In this document: positions 54,637 through 64,000 of the stretch, one piece after another
How positions within the stretch are numbered: the stretch's first letter is position 1
How the letters are laid out: every line of letters starts with the position of its first letter
IMG/VR virus record: IMGVR_UViG_3300021138_000007
Coordinates: 1-64,000 of that record
Length of the DNA: 64,000 bases
Strand: one strand, 5' to 3'
DNA from: a virus
Program-made: the position numbers and the translations under genes
The notes under the pieces: generated by a model
The model's input: only the letters and a program-made list of their open reading frames with translations
Told to the model about the DNA's origin: nothing
Databases searched by the model: none

Positions 54637-57600
54637 TTATTCATCTCCAAAGAAATTACGTGTATTGATACGAGGTTTGGTTTTCTTCACAATTGGATTG
54701 CGAATACTTGTGCGCTCATTTTTAGACGCAATACTATCTAAATCATCAGAATCATTAATTAAAGAATCTGTGGATTTGTATTTCATATTGGCTTGTTTTT
54801 TAAGGCGTTTTTCTTCTTCTCCGCGAATATGAACTAATTCGTCCCAAATTTCCATAAAAACTTCTGTTTCAGTTGTTTTCGATGCTTCAGGGAAACAATC
54901 TAAAGCTCCACCAATAAATAATGATTCAACTGTTCCTCTATTTGGCCTTGCAACCCAACAAAGTTGTTTGAGCGATTCATAAGGTTGATTAGCAATAATA
55001 GTTTCTGCCATACTACCAACACCCTTAATTGATGTTAGGGGCATAAGAATGTCACCATGTTTATTAACGGTTGTTTGCATACCAGATTCATTAACATTTG
55101 GATTCAAAACATTGATCCGCTCCGTTTTACATTCTTTTTCATAAATAGCCTTCTTTGTTTCATCATTCTGATCTGTCTGCAAACATGCTGCCATCCATTC
55201 CGAAGGATAGTAATATCTCAGCCATGCAGTCCAATAAGAAAGAATCGCATAAGCACAAGCATGTGATCTATTAAAAGCATAACCACTAAATTTTTCCATT
55301 AATTGAAGCAAATTATTCACAACTTGCGCATCTACTCCACGAGCAATAGCTTTTTCTCTAAATAATTTGGTGATCTTATCAAAAAGCACAGGGTCTTTCT
55401 TTGACACAGCCTTTCTTAGTTTATCTGTTTCATCCCAGTCAAATCCTGCAAGATCACGAGCTAAAAACATAGCTTGCTCCTGATATACCATGATGCCATA
55501 GGTAACTTCAAGATGTTTTTTAATGATAGGATGATCATATTTAATAGCATCAGGATTTTTCTTACCAAGAGCATAATCTGGGATGTAAGCCATAGGGCCA
55601 GGACGATAAAGCGCGGCAACTGCAATTAAGTCTTCAGTATTAGAAGCATTAACATCTTGTAATGCTTTTTGCATTCCGCCTGAAGCAAATTGGAATACAG
55701 TTGATGTTTTACCTGTGGCATAAATATTTTTGAACACTTTAGGGTCTTCAAGAGGAATATCTGCGGGATCAATATCTTTACCGTGACGTTTTTTAATTAA
55801 TTCCAAAGCATATGACAATGTGTGTAAAGTCGAAAGCCCTAAATAGTCGTATTTTACAGCACCAACACGTTCTACACTTTTCATATCGTAGCCTGAACAT
55901 AAAGTGCCTTTAGAGTTTTCGATAGGTACATGATTACATAATGAATCATTAGCAATTAAAATACCACCAGCATGAACACCTAAATTGGAAATGGTTCCAA
56001 CAAGTTTACGTGCAATTGCAATTTCTTCTGGATATTGACGTGCCCAAGATGCAAATTCAGGACTTTCCTGTAAAGCGTCGTCTAATGTTGTGCCAGGTCT
56101 GCCAGGAATGGTCTTACTGACAACTTGAGCCATTTGGTGTGTTTTGTCTTTCCATTTGGCATTAAACTTTTCTGATGTCTTTAAAACGCCAATAACAGCG
56201 GCTTTAGCACCATAAGTGCCCCAGGTACCAATATTCTTTACTTTATCCTGTCCAAAATAAGAAGAGGCCCATGCAAATGCTTCACTTCTACGAGAATCGT
56301 CAATGTCCGTATCTACGTCAGGAAGAGTCGCAACTTTCTTGACTTTTAATCCACTTTCTGGCTTTTCATCTGTAATACCAAGAAAATATGCAATCCATGA
56401 ATTAGATTCATTCTTTTGCTTAGTGATTCCAGAGTTTGAAAGATGATTCATGTATGTAGCTAAACCTTGATTCTCTAAAACCCAAATTTCTTTATGAATT
56501 GCAGGCATATGAGATTCATATTCAGGATCATTTGATTTCTCTTTAACAATTTCTTTGAGTCGCCTAACAGCTTCACTTTGATCTTCTTTGCCCTTCTGTT
56601 CTTGATATTCTTTTACAGGCATCACGCTAAAATCAATTTTATATTGTTCGCCACGCCCAGGATTTAAAAATCTTTCAAACATCAAGTTCCATCGAATGGG
56701 ATCAACAGAGCAAACTTCTAATAGATAATTTAATAAACTACCCACTCCACTGCCACGAATGCCATAACGAATATTAGATTTCTTCATAAAGCATACCATT
56801 TCGTATTCAATTAAGAAGTAGTCCACAACACCCATGTTACAAACGGTTTCCCATTCATACTTCATTCGTTTGATGTATGTCGAATTTTTATCTAAACCCA
56901 ATCTCTTTAAACCATTAAATGCCAAATAAGCGAGATAAGCTTCATTTGGTTTATAATACTTAAGATTTCTTTGCCACCATGCTCGAAAATCTTCATCATT
57001 CATAGGAACATAAGCAGAAGGCAACAAATGAGGCACATCGAGTTTCATAAAATCCTCAACTCGATCTGTTAAGTTTAAAGTATTATCCAATGAATATGGC
57101 ACACTAGAAAAAATATTTTCCATTTCATTTCTGGTTTTCAAATGAAAGTTATGTGTTCCATACGCTTCTTTCTTGCCATTTTTCTTGCCAGCGATTCTAT
57201 CTTGTGATAAATCACGCATTTGGATTAGAACATCATGAATCTGCCAATCCTTTTGTTCCAAATAATGAACATCATTCGATGCAACCACTGGGATATCATA
57301 TTTTTTACCCAATTCTAAAAGTTTAGGCAAGTTATGTTCTTGTTCTGGAATGCCGTGATTTTGTATTTCGATATAGTATCTATCTCCAAAAACATCTAAA
57401 AATCGTTCTGCTACTGATTCTGCCTTCTTTTCTCCGTGTCGCAATAGAGCTTGATTTAATTCACTTGCAAGACAACCTGAAAGAGCAATAATGCCTTCAT
57501 TATGTTCCTCAATAACTTTCCAATCAACACGAGGATCATAGTAGTATCCAACTTCGGCACCAATAGAGGCAATATTCAAAAGATTACGATAACCCTTCTC

Positions 57601-57939
57601 ATTCATTGCCAATAGAGTTAAGTGATTGTGTTTAGGTCTTCCAACTGTGCCATCTTCTCTTTCTGCATGTTCTTTGAATGTCATATCAGGACAAGTGTAT
57701 ACTTCACAACCGATAATAGGTTTAATGGGGTCAGTTGCACCATCGTCTGCACGACAGGCTTCTACGAATTCAACTACTCCGCCCATTCGACCATGATCTG
57801 TAATGGCAGAAGCAATAAAACCTTCAGCCCTGGCTTTTTTAGCATAGTTCTTAGGGGAAGGCAAAGCATCTTGCACACTATAATGAGTGTGCGCATGTAA
57901 ATGTACAAATTCTTGTTTACACATATTATTATTCTCCAC
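54637..57939 (-). CDS. dnaE: DNA polymerase III alpha subunit (DnaE)
   Basis: PHP motifs HAHTHYS, TDHG, SNDVHY; RGSG; FERFLN; PDVDTD; HAGG; KYDYLG; ALYRPGP; YQEQ; YAFNRSHA. Confidence 0.97.
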   Translation of the reverse strand: MENNNMCKQEFVHLHAHTHYSVQDALPSPKNYAKKARAEGFIASAITDHGRMGGVVEFVEACRADDGATDPIKPIIGCEVYTCPDMTFKEHAEREDGTVGRPKHNHLTLLAMNEKGYRNLLNIASIGAEVGYYYDPRVDWKVIEEHNEGIIALSGCLASELNQALLRHGEKKAESVAERFLDVFGDRYYIEIQNHGIPEQEHNLPKLLELGKKYDIPVVASNDVHYLEQKDWQIHDVLIQMRDLSQDRIAGKKNGKKEAYGTHNFHLKTRNEMENIFSSVPYSLDNTLNLTDRVEDFMKLDVPHLLPSAYVPMNDEDFRAWWQRNLKYYKPNEAYLAYLAFNGLKRLGLDKNSTYIKRMKYEWETVCNMGVVDYFLIEYEMVCFMKKSNIRYGIRGSGVGSLLNYLLEVCSVDPIRWNLMFERFLNPGRGEQYKIDFSVMPVKEYQEQKGKEDQSEAVRRLKEIVKEKSNDPEYESHMPAIHKEIWVLENQGLATYMNHLSNSGITKQKNESNSWIAYFLGITDEKPESGLKVKKVATLPDVDTDIDDSRRSEAFAWASSYFGQDKVKNIGTWGTYGAKAAVIGVLKTSEKFNAKWKDKTHQMAQVVSKTIPGRPGTTLDDALQESPEFASWARQYPEEIAIARKLVGTISNLGVHAGGILIANDSLCNHVPIENSKGTLCSGYDMKSVERVGAVKYDYLGLSTLHTLSYALELIKKRHGKDIDPADIPLEDPKVFKNIYATGKTSTVFQFASGGMQKALQDVNASNTEDLIAVAALYRPGPMAYIPDYALGKKNPDAIKYDHPIIKKHLEVTYGIMVYQEQAMFLARDLAGFDWDETDKLRKAVSKKDPVLFDKITKLFREKAIARGVDAQVVNNLLQLMEKFSGYAFNRSHACAYAILSYWTAWLRYYYPSEWMAACLQTDQNDETKKAIYEKECKTERINVLNPNVNESGMQTTVNKHGDILMPLTSIKGVGSMAETIIANQPYESLKQLCWVARPNRGTVESLFIGGALDCFPEASKTTETEVFMEIWDELVHIRGEEEKRLKKQANMKYKSTDSLINDSDDLDSIASKNERTSIRNPIVKKTKPRINTRNFFGDE

Positions 57940-57977
57940 AGACGCCGTTGTTAGCGGTCATACATCTGTCTTAATTA

Positions 57978-58952
57978 TTATCGTTCTATTTTTCTCTTTT
58001 TTATGGAATTCTGGACAATATTTGTAGTATGCATATTTCTCCATATTCTGGCTTTAAAATCATGTCTTTGATTGCTAATACAATATGGTGATAGCATTTT
58101 TCCATTTAATATTTTCTTAGAATCCAAGTTGTAAATTTTATCTGTAAATTGTTTTGCATTAATCAAGTCATATGATTTCATATCTTTAGGTCTATGTTTT
58201 AATGGCAATCTTTGAAATTCTGGGAAAATATATGTATTGCCTAATTGTTCAACAATACCCCAATTTTCATTTACTGGCACAATTCTAGCTCCAGTGCCAA
58301 AGCATTTTAATTCGTCAAATTGCTTTGAAATTTGTTGGTATGCTTTATGTTCTGATTTTAATTTCCAATTTTCATATTTATGTAAATGATCACAAGTTGC
58401 CAATGCTGTTTTGACAGTTCTTATGCTTAAGCCAGTCCATTCGGCGATTGAAGCCGCAGTTACTGGACGACGATCTTTAAATCGTGCCGCTATTAACCCC
58501 ACTAAAAGATATTTGATGTTAGTGCTATTTGGATGTATTTCAGTGTATGGATCATTCCAAACATATTTTAAAGGTATAGAAAATGGTTCTATACGAGGCA
58601 TTGTTGGATTTAAATATTTCACTACATTTTTTACGCCTATTAATGAACAGATTTTTTGTCCATTTTTTCCACCTGGTTTATTCCAATATTTGCCAGCACC
58701 ATCTTGTATTATTTGATAAGCATATTTTTCAGTAATACCTAAAACATAGGTCAAAATTTCCAGCATTGCCTTTAAATTGAACATGCCATTTCCTCTGTGG
58801 TTAATGCCCGAAGAGTTTGCTTCTTTTATTTGATCTAAAGACCTTAAAACTGTCCAGCACGAATACAAATCATGTTCTTTTTTTAATAAAGCTGCTGCTG
58901 CTAATTCGGGATAAAATACAATTTGGCATTCAGATAGTTGATTATTTTTCAA
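57978..58952 (-). CDS. Hypothetical DNA-binding protein with HTH (possible replication initiator)
   Basis: VTAASIAEWTGLSIRTVKTAL HTH; lies between primase/helicase and dnaE. Confidence 0.5.
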   Translation of the reverse strand: MKNNQLSECQIVFYPELAAAALLKKEHDLYSCWTVLRSLDQIKEANSSGINHRGNGMFNLKAMLEILTYVLGITEKYAYQIIQDGAGKYWNKPGGKNGQKICSLIGVKNVVKYLNPTMPRIEPFSIPLKYVWNDPYTEIHPNSTNIKYLLVGLIAARFKDRRPVTAASIAEWTGLSIRTVKTALATCDHLHKYENWKLKSEHKAYQQISKQFDELKCFGTGARIVPVNENWGIVEQLGNTYIFPEFQRLPLKHRPKDMKSYDLINAKQFTDKIYNLDSKKILNGKMLSPYCISNQRHDFKARIWRNMHTTNIVQNSIKKRKIER

Positions 58953-59266
58953 TTATTATTTTCCTCCTGCAAAGAAAGCCAAACATTAGCCATTCGTTCT
59001 AATTCCTTTTCAGCGCCTGATATAAGTAAATAAGCCAATGCTTCGCCTTCTGATAAATTTTGAGCCGCACTGACCATTTTTTGTGCCATAGCTACTCTTC
59101 CAGCAAATGGGGCTAAAACAGTTAAACTTAATCCTATTTTATCAGGTGGTTGTAAAGATAGTTCGCGTAATTCTTCTGCTAATTTACCGACTTTATTATT
59201 GTCATTTTTGGATTGTTGTGATTTAGAAGTTTTTTCTTTAACAACTACTGGTTTCGATTTCATCAT
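58949..59266 (-). CDS. Hypothetical protein
   Basis: 105-aa ORF overlapping both neighbours. Confidence 0.5.
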   Translation of the reverse strand: MMKSKPVVVKEKTSKSQQSKNDNNKVGKLAEELRELSLQPPDKIGLSLTVLAPFAGRVAMAQKMVSAAQNLSEGEALAYLLISGAEKELERMANVWLSLQEENNN

Positions 59267-59951
59267 TTTTATGTTCCTCTTTATATCTTTTCAGATGTTC
59301 ACGAATAGTTGTACCGATTTCTTTCCAAATTTTATTAAGTTCTTTATGATTTTCATTCATCATTGCATCGTCAATGCGAGAATAGATTTCATCAACAATT
59401 GCAATTTCTTCTGGATCATAATTAACTTTTCTTTCAAAATCTTTAAGTCTTTGCGCTGTTGAACGTAAATACTCTACTTCACTAATTGCACCTGGTAAAT
59501 CAGTTTCTCCACTTCTATATTTTAATTGTTCGTCAAACAAACTTTCTATTTGACGAACAATTCTTCCACGGTTTGCATCATCATCAAGATTTAATTCAAA
59601 GTTGGTGATTTCAGCAAGTTTAATAACTGCTTCAAAAAAAGATAATCCTTCTACAGCTCGAATGAAATTTAATATATTCCCCTTTTGACCACATCCAAAA
59701 CAATTGTATCTTCCTTCTTCTGGATTAACTCCGAAAGAAGGAGTACTATCTCTATGATTTGGCATAGGGCAATTGCTAGAATACCAGCCATTTGAACCTG
59801 GCATAAGTAATAAATCATATTCATTAACTAAAATATCAACAATGTTTGCTGATGCAAGTAATTCTTGAATTAAATGATCAGAAACTTGATTTAGTTTTTT
59901 ACGATTTATTTTTTCTTCGCCTAAAATTTCTTTAACAGTTAATTTTTTCAT
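59238..59951 (-). CDS. Primase CHC2 zinc-binding domain protein (N-terminal part of split DnaG)
   Basis: CPMPNHRDSTPSF..YNCFGCG..GN..F....EG.SF.EAV..LA. Confidence 0.9.
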   Translation of the reverse strand: MKKLTVKEILGEEKINRKKLNQVSDHLIQELLASANIVDILVNEYDLLLMPGSNGWYSSNCPMPNHRDSTPSFGVNPEEGRYNCFGCGQKGNILNFIRAVEGLSFFEAVIKLAEITNFELNLDDDANRGRIVRQIESLFDEQLKYRSGETDLPGAISEVEYLRSTAQRLKDFERKVNYDPEEIAIVDEIYSRIDDAMMNENHKELNKIWKEIGTTIREHLKRYKEEHKNDEIETSSC

Positions 59952-59954
59952 AAA

Positions 59955-61487
59955 TTATGTCCAATTATCTTCATCTATTTCATTGATTTCATCGTCGCTT
60001 GGTAAATGTAATATCAAGTCGTCCATCGAAGTGTCTTCTTCCACAGTATTATGAACTTTTTTAACTCTGTTGTCACTTGAACTTGACGAAGTTGCTGATT
60101 CTCTGCGCAAATGTTCTGGCTGATCTTCTTCTGGAATGGGATATATTCTATTATAAACTGGATCAACCCTTGCCGCGAAAGGATCAAACATCGCATCACG
60201 CATCTTAACAGGATGATAAATATTTCTACCAAACTGCTTGTCAGGTTCTACTCCAATTACAAAGTGAGCAAGGTGAATTAATCTTTGATCTCCAGATGCC
60301 GCATCTTGGAAAAATCCAGATGCTTTACCGTTTTCTTTACGTTGTCTGCTTTCTTTAATTGCTTCTCGGTTTACCTGTTGTGCAGTTAAGAACGGAATTT
60401 GATATCTTTTAGCTAACGCAAAAAGTTTTTCAACAGCATCGCCCTGTTTTTCCCAAGGTTTTGCGTCTCTTCTTGAAGTGCGTGTTGTCATATTCCCAAT
60501 ATAGTCAACAACTACCATATCTGGCATGCCTTTAGTCGCAATTAATTCTTTAATTCTAGAATCAATATATTCAGGAGTTGGGTCTTCCATATTGACATCG
60601 TATTCAAAATAGGGAGAAGTATCATTACACATTTTCTCTATCATATTAATGATACGATAATCATCTTTGGGTGTTGATTTTAAATCACGATATGGAACTT
60701 CATACATTAAAGACAAATGTCTTAATAAACAAAGCCAAAGCGACATTTCAAATGAAAAATAAAGTATCTTTTTGCCATATACTTGATTGGCATACAATGC
60801 CCAGTTTAACATTTGAATACTTTTACCACCAGAAGAAGGGGCCAAAAGAACAATAAGTTGCCCTGGCATCCAACCTAAAGTCACATCATCAATTTGGGGC
60901 AATCCGCAAGGAATACCTCTAAATTTATCTGGATGATTGGCTCTTTTCTCGAATTCCTCTTTAAAGTAAGGAGCGGCTTCAGAAATATCTAAACTCTGTT
61001 TGTCAACAATAAATTCGCTTTTCATATCTCGAATAGTTTCAAGACGTTCTTGGCACATTGATAAACACTCTTCTATACCTTTATCAATCAAATATTCATG
61101 AGCATCTTTGAACATTTCATTCATTAATTTCATGCAATATCTATCTTTCAACTGTGTTATAATTTCATACAAATCATTTTCATCGACATCAATTTCTTCT
61201 AATTTTGCCCAAAGTGTGATATATTTACCACGACTTTTATCTTTAACTTGTTCTTCAATTAATCTGTTTTCTAAAACCAATTGAGTCATCAATGATCCGC
61301 CAGATTTCTCATAATAATCTCGCAATAATCCAAATAATTTTGAATGATGACTAACTTTTGAACCCTCTTGAACAAATTGAAAATGGTCCGCTGTAATATT
61401 ACAAGCAAGCATTCTATCAACAGCTTTAGCGCTAGTTGTCAAATGTCGCAATGCAATTAGTTCTAATTCTTCTTGATCTAATTTCAT
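59955..61487 (-). CDS. dnaB: Replicative DNA helicase, DnaB family
   Basis: GIPCG..ID..TLG..PGQL, Walker A APSSGGKS, FSFEM, VVVDY, TAQQVNR. Confidence 0.9.
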   Translation of the reverse strand: MKLDQEELELIALRHLTTSAKAVDRMLACNITADHFQFVQEGSKVSHHSKLFGLLRDYYEKSGGSLMTQLVLENRLIEEQVKDKSRGKYITLWAKLEEIDVDENDLYEIITQLKDRYCMKLMNEMFKDAHEYLIDKGIEECLSMCQERLETIRDMKSEFIVDKQSLDISEAAPYFKEEFEKRANHPDKFRGIPCGLPQIDDVTLGWMPGQLIVLLAPSSGGKSIQMLNWALYANQVYGKKILYFSFEMSLWLCLLRHLSLMYEVPYRDLKSTPKDDYRIINMIEKMCNDTSPYFEYDVNMEDPTPEYIDSRIKELIATKGMPDMVVVDYIGNMTTRTSRRDAKPWEKQGDAVEKLFALAKRYQIPFLTAQQVNREAIKESRQRKENGKASGFFQDAASGDQRLIHLAHFVIGVEPDKQFGRNIYHPVKMRDAMFDPFAARVDPVYNRIYPIPEEDQPEHLRRESATSSSSSDNRVKKVHNTVEEDTSMDDLILHLPSDDEINEIDEDNWT

Positions 61488-61537
61488 ATTAATCCTCTAC
61501 TCGGTTTGTTAATTTTTAGCAGATAAACCGAGATTTT

Positions 61538-62323
61538 TTATTTTTTAGGTGTTGGTAATTCAATTCGGAATAATTCGTTATTGTAATAATTATCCCAAAC
61601 TGGACCAGATTTCAGTTTGACATTATAATCTGAAGTAATAATCATAGGCTTATTTGCTTTCTCTCTCGCCGCGATTAATGAGTCTAACTGAAATAGGAAA
61701 TGTTTTTGTTCTAATCCATAATCATGTAATCCATCAATAATGATTAAATCTAAATAAGTAAAATCTTCAATGAGACTTTTCTGTTCTTCTCTGCTATCAA
61801 AATTAATTAGATTTCTAACAATATCAACATTCCAATCATAATATCTGACAGTCATGCCTAATTCAACGGCATGTTTCGCCACAATAGCGGCCAACATAGT
61901 TTTACCACTATTATTGCCCCCAACGAGTAATAATGATCGTAACTTAATTCTAAAATTCAATTCATTATTGACTATTGTTAAAAATTCTCCATCAACAACT
62001 TTCTCAAGATTCTTGATGTAAAATTGCATAATCATTTTAACTTTTTTCTTTATGGGTTTTGATACGCCCAAATCGTCTCCAAAAGCATCTTGGTTTAAAT
62101 TCCAATGTTCTTTGAGATTTAAGTGCCAAAATGATTTTGGTATAGATGCTTCTTCATAAGCGTGATATAATTCTTTTTTCTTTTGACATACACACGTATT
62201 TGCTTCTTTATTGTCATTTAATAAATAACCTTTATCTTTGCAAATATCACATTTATGAAGGTTCTCAGAAGCATCAAACATTGAAATAAATTCCAATTCT
62301 TGTTCGGTTAAATTTTCTTTCAT
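61538..62323 (-). CDS. DnaC/DnaI/IstB-like helicase loader ATPase
   Basis: CDICKDKG..CVC zinc motif; GGNNSGKT; LIIIDGL; IITS; directly upstream of dnaB. Confidence 0.8.
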   Translation of the reverse strand: MKENLTEQELEFISMFDASENLHKCDICKDKGYLLNDNKEANTCVCQKKKELYHAYEEASIPKSFWHLNLKEHWNLNQDAFGDDLGVSKPIKKKVKMIMQFYIKNLEKVVDGEFLTIVNNELNFRIKLRSLLLVGGNNSGKTMLAAIVAKHAVELGMTVRYYDWNVDIVRNLINFDSREEQKSLIEDFTYLDLIIIDGLHDYGLEQKHFLFQLDSLIAAREKANKPMIITSDYNVKLKSGPVWDNYYNNELFRIELPTPKK

Positions 62324-63963
62324 AATTCTTCTTCGTCCTCAATTTTATCTATATTAGCCATAATTTGCTTCTTGTCTTTAGCTGTTTGCTGAATAATCGG
62401 CTCAATTATTCGCGGAATAGAAGCATTTCTCGCACGTTGCTCTGCCCAATTTCTAAGCTCATCAATATTTTCTTTCATCATCACAGCAATGGGTATTGTG
62501 GAAAGCAAAGCATGCTCTATATCTATAGTGGTCAGATTACGCTTCGATTCACTAAAACTTTTATATAATGCTGAAACAATTGATGCTTCAATTTCAGCAC
62601 CAGTATATCCCGAACTCTTTCTTGCCAAACGATGAACATCAAAATCTTCAGGATTCCGATTCATCTTTGATAAATGTATCCTAAAAATATCTTTACGATC
62701 TTCTTCCGAGGGCAAGTCAACAAAAAATATCTCATCAAACCTACCCTTTCTTAGTAATTCGGGTGGTAATTGTGAAACATTATTCGCAGTTGCCACAACA
62801 TATACTGGAGATGTTTTTTCTTGCATCCAGGTTAAGATAGTGGCAAAAACACGGGAAGTGGTGCCACCATCCGTTTGATTAGATGACGCTATGCCAGATA
62901 AAGCTTTATCAATTTCGTCAGCCCATAAAATACAAGGAGCAATAGATTCTGCAACTTTAATAACTGAACGAATATTTTCTTCTGATTGCCCAACATAACT
63001 TCCTAAAACTTTACCCATATCTAATCGCAATAAAGGTAAATTATAAGCGGACGCTATCGCTTTTGCACACAGACTTTTGCCGCCACCCTGAATACCAATC
63101 ATCAATAAACCTTTGGGATTTGCTGGTAATCCGTATTCAACTGCTTCTCGTGTAAATGCATCTTTGCGCTCATTAAGCCATTTTTTAAGCTCTTGTAAAC
63201 CACCAACACTATTTAAATCAGTATCAACATCAATCCACTCAATTACGCCACTTTTGCGAATAACATCACGTTTTTTAGAGGCAATTGTTTTTGGGTCCAT
63301 GCATGGTTGCGTTAGCATCATATAAGTTGTAATATATTCAACCTCTGTGAGCGTTAAACCCAGAAATGCACGTATGATTTCATCCATTTCATAAGAATCA
63401 TATTTTGTTTTAAAATTTGCCGCAAGCTCTTTATGTTTTTCAGCATGATTGAGCATATTGGAGATTTTATCCTCAATATGCTCTTTCTCAGGCAAAGGCC
63501 AATCAATAACAGACGCAATTTTTTCTAATTCTGGAGGAAGAAAAAGATTAGTGCCAAGAAATACAATCGTCTTATGTTGGCCTTTGTTTAATTCACAAAA
63601 ATTTCTAATCTGCCTAATGATTGTATGTTCAATATTATTTGGATTTCCATAATATCCAATATACTTATGAAAGTCTTTTAAAACTAAAATTAAATAACTG
63701 CCATTAGATGATGTTTTTTGTGTTTGAAACCAAGTTATAACATTTGCAGCATCATAAAAATCGTTTCCTAAATCAAAGCTTGGATCATCACAAGACAATC
63801 CCGTGGCAACATCCCATTGAATAATAGTCCAATTTCTAGATTTACCTTGAGAATTTGGACGAATAGCAATCTCTTTCATAGTTTGAAGAATTCTTTCTTC
63901 TTCATGGCTGATGATCGAAATTAAAGGTCTATTGGAACGAACTTGCCAATCAAATTCGCGCAT
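62320..63963 (-). CDS. Ycf46-like AAA+ ATPase
   Basis: HEEER, LKDFH, VGGL..LK.WL, GIQGGGKS, GQSEEN, DEIDK, ATAN..LPPELLRKGRFDE. Confidence 0.9.
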   Translation of the reverse strand: MREFDWQVRSNRPLISIISHEEERILQTMKEIAIRPNSQGKSRNWTIIQWDVATGLSCDDPSFDLGNDFYDAANVITWFQTQKTSSNGSYLILVLKDFHKYIGYYGNPNNIEHTIIRQIRNFCELNKGQHKTIVFLGTNLFLPPELEKIASVIDWPLPEKEHIEDKISNMLNHAEKHKELAANFKTKYDSYEMDEIIRAFLGLTLTEVEYITTYMMLTQPCMDPKTIASKKRDVIRKSGVIEWIDVDTDLNSVGGLQELKKWLNERKDAFTREAVEYGLPANPKGLLMIGIQGGGKSLCAKAIASAYNLPLLRLDMGKVLGSYVGQSEENIRSVIKVAESIAPCILWADEIDKALSGIASSNQTDGGTTSRVFATILTWMQEKTSPVYVVATANNVSQLPPELLRKGRFDEIFFVDLPSEEDRKDIFRIHLSKMNRNPEDFDVHRLARKSSGYTGAEIEASIVSALYKSFSESKRNLTTIDIEHALLSTIPIAVMMKENIDELRNWAEQRARNASIPRIIEPIIQQTAKDKKQIMANIDKIEDEEEL

Positions 63964-64000
63964 CGCTTGGCGATGACGAGTTATCGTTTTATTTTCTGAT

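Noticed and set aside
56330-56652. Intein in DnaE
   Set aside because: No Cys/Ser/Ala start block and no HN/GN end; reported instead as an insertion or duplication.
7161-63652. Many short plus-strand and alternative-frame ORFs in the track (e.g. 9707..10051, 12329..12697, 51222..51722, 51385..51825, 52891..53283)
   Set aside because: They lie within well-supported minus-strand genes and have the Ser/Phe/Leu-rich composition of antisense shadows.
1-64000. tRNA, rRNA, CRISPR array, or reverse-transcriptase/DGR elements
   Set aside because: Intergenic gaps are short and AT-rich; I saw no cloverleaf, repeat-spacer array or RT motif. A covariance-model scan was not run.
1-64000. Stop-codon recoding
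   Set aside because: Conserved genes are full length and densely packed under the standard code.

Overview
AT-rich, gene-dense segment of a large (probably jumbo) tailed dsDNA bacteriophage, standard genetic code, almost all genes on the minus strand. Left part (1-34.6 kb) is a head morphogenesis/late module: HK97-fold major capsid protein plus a divergent paralogue, probable decoration and scaffold proteins, a 1451-aa prohead protease polyprotein, an intein-containing portal fused to a DUF559-type nuclease, an intein-containing terminase, many probable internal head proteins, a free-standing LAGLIDADG endonuclease, RusA, glf and map. Right part (34.6-64 kb) is a bacterial-style replisome and metabolism module: DnaE, DnaN, DnaX, HolA-like, DnaB, DnaC-like loader, split DnaG, SSB-like, RecA, RecJ, NrdJ with intein, dUTPase, dCMP deaminase, IF3, SpoVS-like and three sigma-like factors. 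The most interesting pattern, read directly from the sequence, has three linked parts. (i) A ~28-aa helical-hairpin tag, LxxxAxx(L/A)DxxGxxxxADx(I/L/V), is shared by six otherwise unrelated proteins. (ii) A pervasive [KR]-x-A-[SQ] motif occurs in head proteins and often directly follows the tag. (iii) A fixed-spacing AGG(N)-N17-(A/C)G(A/T)A promoter occurs at 11 sites, resembles sigma-H promoters, and co-occurs with a phage-encoded sigma-H-like factor. I infer a capsid cargo-loading and processing system under a phage sigma factor. All product calls come from motif recognition by eye; no database searches were run.
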